NCBI GenBank assembly: GCA_043228905.1
Contig: JBHGNT010000648.1
Coordinates: 1 to 18,441, forward strand
DNA from: Azolla caroliniana
Taxonomy: Eukaryota; Plantae; Polypodiophyta
Reading direction: 5' to 3'
DNA: 18,441 bases
Shown here piece after piece: positions 1-7,477 of this stretch. The notes under the pieces are model-generated. The model saw only the letters and a list, made by a program, of their open reading frames with translations, ran no database searches and was not told the origin of the DNA. Within the stretch, counting starts at the first letter, position 1, and the number at the start of each line of letters is the position of its first letter. The position numbers and the translations under genes were made by a program.

Positions 1-1
1 A

Positions 2-322
2 GAAGGCAATTCAGAGGGTGCTGATTTCTATATATTAAAGTGCACGGTTAGTAAACAGTGTGCAAGGCAGAATATTGTAGATGCATGGGGAAATTTTGTA
101 TCTGCCGGGACATTCTACATCGAAGGCATTTTTTATGCAAAATTAGATGACTACGAATATGTGTACAGGCTATTAGAAGACAAACCAACGGCGTACATGT
201 ACTCTCATTTGGTCAGGTGCATTAACGTCCCAATGTCAGAATACAATAGTTGCTCAGGTTTATACATTGTTGGTGCTAATGTGTATGAATGTATTTACAA
301 TAGTATGCCATGGAATTTGTAG
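2..322 (+). CDS. 3' end (106 aa, runs in from the window edge) of a probable DNA-transposon transposase, Sola2-like C-terminal region
   Basis: Frame 2 is open from the edge to TAG at 320-322: EGNSEGADFYILKC...DAWGN...IEGIFY...AYMYSHLV. The family call is my recollection of bryophyte Sola2-type transposase C-termini. The catalytic core is outside the window. Confidence 0.55.
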   Translation, partial: EGNSEGADFYILKCTVSKQCARQNIVDAWGNFVSAGTFYIEGIFYAKLDDYEYVYRLLEDKPTAYMYSHLVRCINVPMSEYNSCSGLYIVGANVYECIYNSMPWNL

Positions 323-670
323 CTACAAGTAGCACTTACCATGTTCTCTTGTAAAACAAACATGTATTTCGCGAAAACAGTTAAATAAATTCGTTTGAGA
401 ATCAATTTCTTGTATACTGTCTGCTTTCTATGCTTCTTTCTCAATAAAATCATGTCTTTTTTGTTATGTTTTAAGTTATAAGTTATAGCGAAATAGTCAT
501 CAGTAGCTAATTAGCTGTACAAATGTAGCTAATTAGCTGTCAATAGCTAAATAGTCATCAATAGCATGAAATCAACAATCTGCAACATATTCCTCAAATT
601 ACATAGTAGATAAGTACAGTGGGAACAAGTAATTAAATTCTTCATTGAATAATGTCATCTCTTTACATAT

Positions 671-1765
671 TTATAAATTACCATTGGAAATGTCTACAAA
701 TCTCCTATAAACAACTAAGCTCTTGCTAGTCAGTGGAACGAGTCTACATATATTATCCGCATATCGAGCTCGGTATGGAGTCCACAACCATGCACCTAGT
801 TGGCAGCTCATTGTTTGCACTAGGTACTGTTCAAGCATTTCCTCGGGTAGAATGAGACAGCATCTCCGAATATTGAAGTAGTGCCGGAAATGTTCTGTAT
901 CTAAAATCAATGTATTGTCGGCATTATATTCAGGCCAAGTAGCCCAAAAATCAGAAAGTCTCTTGAATCTTGCAGCTTCCATTTGCTCACAATTTTCTCG
1001 TGCCCATTGACCTTTAAAATGACTTCGCCATTTTGGGAAGAATCTTGCCAAACACTTCCACACATCTGATTTTAGTTTTTCACTCCAAATAAACAAATCA
1101 AAGTATTGCATAGCCCACTCTAGAAACTGATTCGCGTCCCTCCTTGGCTGCATATATCTCACACTCATCAAGACTTTATCAAGCTCCAAGATCAAGGCTC
1201 TTCTTTCAACTTCTAGTGGTTTAGGTTTCCATTCCTGAAACTGAGCCGCTGTTACACCATTTTCTAGTAGGATACGATCAATCTCAATCAGCTCAGGTTC
1301 GGCCGACACAACTGGCGTCCTTTTCCTCTTCAAACCCCTAGTCGACTGTGTTGGGCCTGGCTTCACATTCTGGTGCTCTTGTTTTGTCGACTTAGTTATC
1401 AATCCTTGGATTACCTCGGTGCATGTAGCTACTGATCTGCTCGATATCAGTCCACTGGTATCACATGTTGCATCTACCTGCAACACCAAGTCATTCGTGC
1501 TACATGGTGCATCTACTTGCAACACCAAGTCATCCGTGCAACATGCTTGATCAACTTGTGTGACCAGATCACTTGTGTCAGTTGCTAAATCTACTTTCAA
1601 GATGGGGCCCTTTAAGCATGCCGCAACATCAACAGTATCCACACTGCCATTGGCCTTACGAGCAATAGAATCAAACCCTTTAGACTCTGCAACATCAGAA
1701 AACACCAACATATTCACACTCACAAAGTAACTAACAGTCTCACAAAATAACATCCTGAACATCAA
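671..1765 (-). CDS. Hypothetical protein, probably a terminal exon (likely acceptor TTGCAG at 1688-1687), with 13-aa repeats, a KRKR basic patch and a Trp-rich helical C-terminal region
   Basis: 364-codon stop-free ORF. The first ~26 codons look intron-like (T-rich, ending in GCAG). No family recognised. Confidence 0.65.
   Translation of the reverse strand: MMFRMLFCETVSYFVSVNMLVFSDVAESKGFDSIARKANGSVDTVDVAACLKGPILKVDLATDTSDLVTQVDQACCTDDLVLQVDAPCSTNDLVLQVDATCDTSGLISSRSVATCTEVIQGLITKSTKQEHQNVKPGPTQSTRGLKRKRTPVVSAEPELIEIDRILLENGVTAAQFQEWKPKPLEVERRALILELDKVLMSVRYMQPRRDANQFLEWAMQYFDLFIWSEKLKSDVWKCLARFFPKWRSHFKGQWARENCEQMEAARFKRLSDFWATWPEYNADNTLILDTEHFRHYFNIRRCCLILPEEMLEQYLVQTMSCQLGAWLWTPYRARYADNICRLVPLTSKSLVVYRRFVDISNGNL
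1440..1592 (-). repeat. Degenerate 39-bp (13-aa) coding tandem repeat, about 4 copies
   Basis: DTSDLVTQVDQAC / CTDDLVLQVDAPC / STNDLVLQVDATC / DTSGLISSRSVATC. Confidence 0.75.
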
Positions 1766-2485
1766 AGAGTTTCAGTCATAGAACAACACTCTTCAAATTA
1801 TCTTGGAAAAACATCATAGAGTTCCATTACATAATGTGGATCAAGCAACAACCAATCTGAGGTTTTACTTGTCCAACAGGATAGTAAAACTTCATAAAAC
1901 CCTAGCAAAATCCCTAAGCTAACAATCATATCCAACTAAACAGTATTTCGCTCCACTACGTCTGGGCCCCTTGACCGAGTAACTGGTCTTGTTCCCGATC
2001 GTGGCCCCTTCTTTAGCCTTTTTCTGGTCGGTTCCCCATTTAGCCTTGCTTCTTTCACCCAATGCGCAAGTGTGTCCTCCTCCGACAACCTTCCCATCGC
2101 CTCAGTAGCTAATTGTACATCAGTCGTTTCTTGAACTAGCTTTTCAAGTACAAAGGGATCTGTTTGGACATTTTCAGTAGTTGGGCTCAGTGGGGTGGAA
2201 TCAAGGTCTTGAGATTCGAAGAAATGTTGCATCAAGTGTTCATAAACACTGTTGTTGTGAACCTCAGTTTTACATGTTGTTTCCACTATTTCATGGCATT
2301 TCACATCGTTGCCTAATTCAGTACACTGTTCCAAAAGAATAGGGTGGAGTTGATCTGAAGGAGATGTGATAGTAGGACTCTTACTTTCAGCCACGTTGGC
2401 ACGAGTATCCTCATCTGTTGCAGCGTCATCAGCACCAGACACATCATGTGCCGTCCTTAATCCACAAGATTCTACAATAACATGG

Positions 2486-3797
2486 CAGCTATTTAGGATA
2501 GCTAATTAGCTACTTTACTAAACTATGGTAGAAGCTAGGATAGCTAATTAGCTAGTATGGTAGCTAATTAGTTATAAGTTACTCAACTATGGTAGTTGCT
2601 AGGATAGCTAATTAGCTACTATGGTAGCTAATTAGCTACTTTACTCAACTATGGTAGTAGCTAGGATAGCTAATTAGCTACTTTACTCAACAATGGTAGT
2701 ATCTAGGATAGCTAATTAGCTAATTTACTCAACTATGGTAGTAGCTAGGATAGCTGATTAGCTACTTTACTCAACTATGGTAGTAGTTAGGATAGCTAAT
2801 TAGCTACTTTACTAACTATGGTAGTAGTTAGGATAGCTATTTAGCTACTTTGCTAACTATGGTAGTAGTTAGGATAGCTAATTAGCTACAATGATAGCTA
2901 ATTAGCTACTTTCTCAACTATGTAGTAGCTAGGATAGCTTATTAGCTACTAGGATAGCTAATTAGCTGCCAGTAGCTAATTAGCTACTAGGATAGCTTAT
3001 TAGCTACTTTACACAACTATGGCAGTAGCTAATTAGCTACTATGATAACTAATTAGCTAGTAGGATAGCTAATTAGTTGCCAATCACTAATTAGCTACTG
3101 CTAGTAGCTAATTAGCTAGTAGGATAGCTAATTAGTTGCCAGTAGCTAATTAGCTTTTTTACACAACTATGGTACTAGCTAATTAGCTAGTACCATAGCT
3201 AATTAGCTACTAGGATAGCTAATTACCTGGTAGTAGCTAATTAGCTACTAGGATAGCTTATTAGCTACTTTACACAACTATGGCAGTAGCTAATTAGCTA
3301 CTAGGATAGCTAATTAGTTGCCAGTAGCTAATTAGCTAATAGGATAGCTAATTAGCTTTTTTACACAACTATGGTACTAGCTAATTAGCTAGTACCATAG
3401 CTAATTAGCTACTAGGATAGCTAATTAGCTACTAGGATAGCTAATTAGCTAGTAGCTCATTAGCTGCCAGTAGCTAATTAGCTACTTTACACAACTATGG
3501 TGCTAGCTAATTAGCTAGTAGCTAACTAGCTGGCATTAGCTAATTAGCTAGTAGCTAACTAGCTGGCATTAGCTAATTAGCTGCCAGTAGGATAGCTAAT
3601 TAGCTAGTAGCTAACTAGCTGTCACTTAGCTAATTAACTACTGTAGTAAACTATGGCAGTAGCTAATTAACTAATAGGATAGCTATTAGCTGCGTTAATC
3701 AACTATGGTAGTAGCTAATTAGCTACAACGATAGCAGCAAAATAGTTTCCATACTTTTTACGGCTTAGCTAATTAGAAAAGACTAAGCTTATTAGCT
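2486..3797. repeat. 1.3-kb minisatellite built from the 14-bp palindrome TAGCTAATTAGCTA (about 42-bp and 20-bp higher-order units)
   Basis: Dozens of copies are directly visible, e.g. the unit CTATGGTAGTAGCTAGGATAGCTAATTAGCTACTTTACTCAA. The array fills predicted intron 4 (2472-3811). Confidence 0.95.
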
Positions 3798-3811
3798 ACA
3801 GTATGGTATAC

Positions 3812-4145
3812 CTGTTAGTTTTCTCCACTCATTTGGTAGAGCTGTACTGCAATCTCCCAAACAGAATGCAACAATTCGACAGGCATGTTGAAAACAAAGC
3901 AGATGGTATGTGTGGTTGCATGGTTGTAGGTGAACCAACAAAGACGCAGTTTTGTCCTCCACACCTAACCCGCAAGCGATGCAACGTGCTTGAACTGTCA
4001 ATAAATCATTTTCTGGTTCTACTTCATTTGGTAAGGGAGCAAGAATGTTCAGGTCCAAATCCTATCTGGTCCTTACCATTCCCTCCACAAAATGTAGCTG
4101 CTTCTTAAGGCAGCCAACTACCTGTTCTTGATGAATGTATTGTTC
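3812..4145 (-). CDS. Exon encoding a RING-H2 (C3H2C3-like) zinc finger, putative E3 ubiquitin ligase domain
   Basis: C-x2-C-x16-C-x-H-x2-H-x2-C-x10-C-x3-C. One in-frame TAG at 4064-4062, upstream of the RING. Confidence 0.75.
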
Positions 4146-4835
4146 CTTCAACGCAACAAAGAAATTTACCGATTAATTATTCCTGTTGTTGAAAGATACA
4201 CCAACTTTGCTCAGGAATCGTTAACTTACTTGAAGCTTATCCAAATTGTAATCTGCAACAGTATTTACACCTAGAAGGTCCAGGTTCATTGAAAGAACCT
4301 GGATCTCTATTTGCAGTTGTATTTTACGTTGGGGATCCAGTGGCCCCTCTAATTCAAGCTCCTGTTGCGCAACCTATTCCAGATAATGCTTGATTAGCAC
4401 ATTTTACCCTTAAAGTTATTTATAACACAATCACATACCCGCAAAACAATAGTTACCTGAATCTTATTTCTAATCGTTGTAACAGCGGAAGTAACTTTGC
4501 TCTCCATTGCAGAAGCCATTGTGGCTTTCTCTAAATTAGTCTTAAAAAATGCCAATGTCTCACCTGTATCATCGACATTGGCTTTCCTTGGGTGTCGGTG
4601 TGGTGTATGCCCCCAGTCTTGCTGGGAGTCGGCAGTTGCATCAACAGCTGCCATGCTCCAAAATCTGTCTATTTTTTGTGCCAAGGTCCCCATCTTTCTG
4701 CATCTTTTTACCGATGCCTCACCATAGACTGCCCAAGCTACCCTATACATTTCAGGGTCTCTGGATTCCTTCGTTGTTTTGCAGTACTCATATGCAAATG
4801 CTCTAGCAAATGAAATTGACAACTCATTGTTGACT

Positions 4836-5546
4836 GGGATCTCCTAATGAACTTTCTGGTGTAGTCTCATGCAGTCATCGTACAAGTCGGCTCGTACATG
4901 CTTCAGCTTGACCTTGCCTTTGACTCTAGGCACTGTATATACTGTCATCCAGTCTACATCACTGATCAATTTATCACTTAGGATAGCAGGGTCAACACCC
5001 TCGAGTCAAAGGCAAGGGATCTCCTAATGAACTTTCTGGTGTAGTCTCATGCAGTCATCGTACAAGTCGGCTTGTACATGCTTCAGCTTGACCTTGCCTT
5101 TGACTCTAGGCACTGTATATACTGTCATCCAGTCTACATCACTGATCAATTTATCACTTAGGATAGCAGGGTCAACACCCTCGAGTCAAAGGCAAGGGAT
5201 CTCCTAATGAACTTTCTGGTGTAGTCTCATGCAGTCATCGTACAAGTCGGCTCGTACATGCTTCAGCTTGACCTTGCCTTTGACTCTAGGCACTGTATAT
5301 ACTGTCATCCAGTCTACATCACTGATCAATTTATCACTTAGGATAGCAGGGTCAACACCCTCGAGTCAAAGGCAAGGGATCTCCTAATGAACTTTCTGGT
5401 GTAGTCTCATGCAGTCATCGTACAAGTCGGCTCGTACATGCTTCAGCTTGACCTTGCCTTTGACTCTAGGCACTGTATATACTGTCATCCAGTCTACATC
5501 ACTGATCAATTTATCACTTAGGATAGCAGGGTCAACACCCTCGAGT
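4836..5546. repeat. Near-perfect 180-bp tandem array (4 x 171 bp plus 3 x 9-bp filler)
   Basis: Units start at 4836, 5016, 5196 and 5376. One substitution seen (C>T at 5073). Confidence 0.97.
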
Positions 5547-5649
5547 GACAGACCATAGGTGTTTTGTAAGTCCTCCTTTGTCTCGCAAAATTTTGCGAAG
5601 TTTAGCACTCTTGTATACGGAGGAACGAGCCATCTGAAATATCATTTCA

Positions 5650-6116
5650 GAAATCAGAATATGTGAGAATCAGAAACCCCAATCAACAACAACAAAAATG
5701 GTGCAAAATCTTTAACTTAGCAAATCAGAAACCCTAATCATAATCTGTATTCAGAAATTTGAAATCAGAAACCCTAATCAAAATCTGTAATCAGAAGTTT
5801 GAAATCAGAAACCCTAATCAAAATCTGTAATCAGAAGTTTGAAATCAGAAACCCTAATCAAAATCTGTAATCAGAAGTTTGTAACCAGAAACCCTATTCA
5901 GAAATTCTAATCAGAAATTTATAATAAAAAACCCTAATCTGAAATTTCAATCACAAACCCTAATCTGAAATCCTAAACAAAAATTTATAAACAAAAACCC
6001 TATTCAGAAATTCTAATCTGTAATCAAAATTTGTAACCAGAAACCCTATTCAGAAATTCTAATCAGAAATTTATAATCAAAAACCCTAATCAGAAATTTC
6101 AATCAGAAACCCCAAT
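5650..6116. repeat. AAACCCTA (telo-box)-containing minisatellite of 13-14-bp subunits in a 40-bp higher-order repeat
   Basis: AATCAGAAACCCTAATCAAAATCTGTAATCAGAAGTTTGA occurs about 3 times at 5763-5880, with degenerate copies on either side. About 10 AAACCCTA motifs. Lies in predicted intron 1. Confidence 0.9.
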
Positions 6117-6704
6117 GATCACTAAAGATAGGATTAAACACAAAAAAAGTAATATAAACACACCTGTTGCTACTCCTTGATTTGGGAGACATCCTTGTAT
6201 GGGACTCCAAGGACTTCGCCCTATTCGATTTTGGGGAAATATGAATCGGAACCAAAGTTCAGACAGTAGTCAAAAAGAAAAAACAAATGTTTGGGGTTTC
6301 TGTAACTGAAACATACCTGGACGATGATCGAGCGAGTTCTGTGTTGTAGCTCTCAATCTGCAATGTCGATTTTCTACTGTTGCGGGAGCTACATCTGCGT
6401 TTGTGCTCTGAGTACTCCATCTGCGTTCAAAATCGGACTTAGGCTAAACAAGAAATTGATGACATTGAAGTCGACCTTAGATGATGGTGCTATTCCCCAA
6501 GTTCCACTACATTTGAAACAGAAGTTCAAATATTTGAGTTTTTTCATAAATTAGTTTTTCAAATATTTGATTTTCCCACAAAAAAGACTAGCTAAACAAA
6601 TAGCTAATTAGCTATGGCCATTTTAGTAGCTAATTAGCTATAATAGTGTTTCCACTCGCATGCTTTTACCCATGTGGGTTTGTGACACTCCATTGGATTC
6701 CCGT

Positions 6705-7421
6705 TGTCGTGCCTTTCGGCTCCGGATCGTTATGTGAGTCGGGCGGGAACCACTGAGGTTTTGGACTAGGAGAAAAGAATATTCTAAGGCAATTAAGAAT
6801 ATGAAATATATTGTAAGAAAGAAAGATATGAAAAACTCGTGAATCCCACGAGTATAGTGTATTAGTGAGTACTCAGATTAAGAGAGAAAAATAGTTGGCA
6901 AATTCGTGAATCCCACGAATATATTATATTAATCAACGCTTGTAAAATAATCAACAACCTTATACATATTTCTCTTCTCCTTATATAAGGATGGGAGAGA
7001 CTAAGCATAACTTCCTACTTTTCCTAAAAGTGTTCATGCACACTAAATGTGCATGAGTTCTCTTTTCCACTATACTTCTATTTCCTAAATATGGTGCTCA
7101 TGCACGCTAGATGTGCACGAGTATTTTTTTATTGGTTTATAAAGTATTCACACACTCTAAAAATGCATGGTTTACCTTTTAATAAAGGCAGACGTAAATA
7201 AAGGTCTTATAGGTATTAAATCTACATTTATAGAATACTAAGGATAAGTTAGTACAATGGTAAGGTTGAGGTTTGTCTACGTGGAGGTATAGGGTTTGAA
7301 TCTTGCCCTATGCACGTAATAAATATGTTTATTTTAATATTTTATTTTATTTATTATACGCACTTTAAATCGAATATAGTATTTTACATATTTCACGTAG
7401 TGTGTGATTCACACTACGACA
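6705..7421 (-). repeat. 3' LTR (717 bp) of the Gypsy element
   Basis: Termini TGTCGT...ACGACA (6-bp inverted repeat). Starts immediately after the PPT. TATA-like CTTATATAAG near 6980-6989. Confidence 0.85.
7250..7307 (+). promoter_or_regulatory. tRNA-like Pol III A-box/B-box module inside the Gypsy LTR
   Basis: TAGTACAATGG at 7250 and GGTTTGAATC at 7293, at tRNA spacing. Confidence 0.5.
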
Positions 7422-7433
7422 CTCGCCCCCTCC
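7422..7433 (-). other. Polypurine tract GGAGGGGGCGAG
   Basis: Abuts the TG start of the LTR. Confidence 0.85.
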
Positions 7434-7477
7434 GAACCCGCACATCCTCTGGTATGTGCCGAAGTCCCCGATGCTTG

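Larger units (their letters stand above)
1936..6192 (-). pseudogene. Five-exon RING-H2 finger gene (exons 6192-6164, 5633-4457, 4373-4230, 4145-3812, 2471-1936), disabled by in-frame TAG codons and a tandem amplification
   Basis: All four GT-AG introns join in phase (AG|GTGTGT..TTTCAG|A; CAG|GTAACT..AATAG|G; CAA|GTAAGT..TGAAG|G; ACAG|GTATAC..TTGTAG|AA). Without the 540-bp duplication the CDS is 1680 nt (559 aa). RING motif CIAC..CNHTYHLLC..CLGDC. Confidence 0.7.
1..6690. mobile_element. Right portion of a putative large DNA transposon with accessory genes
   Basis: A transposase-like ORF converges on unknown ORFs. The TAGCTAATTAGCTA motif recurs at ~505-540, 2486-3797 and 6601-6640 but not in the retroelements. 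Candidate terminus is ...GACACTC at 6690 (5'-GAG on the minus strand). The partner end is not in the window. Confidence 0.5.

Noticed and set aside
4836-5546. CRISPR-like array
   Set aside because: The units are identical end to end with no unique spacers, the context is eukaryotic and there are no cas genes.
5650-6116. Telomere or interstitial telomeric array
   Set aside because: The AAACCCT motifs are never tandem heptamers. They are embedded in 13-40-bp units.
6324-6554. 76-aa plus-strand ORF
   Set aside because: Short, has no motif and lies in the likely promoter/UTR region of the RING gene.
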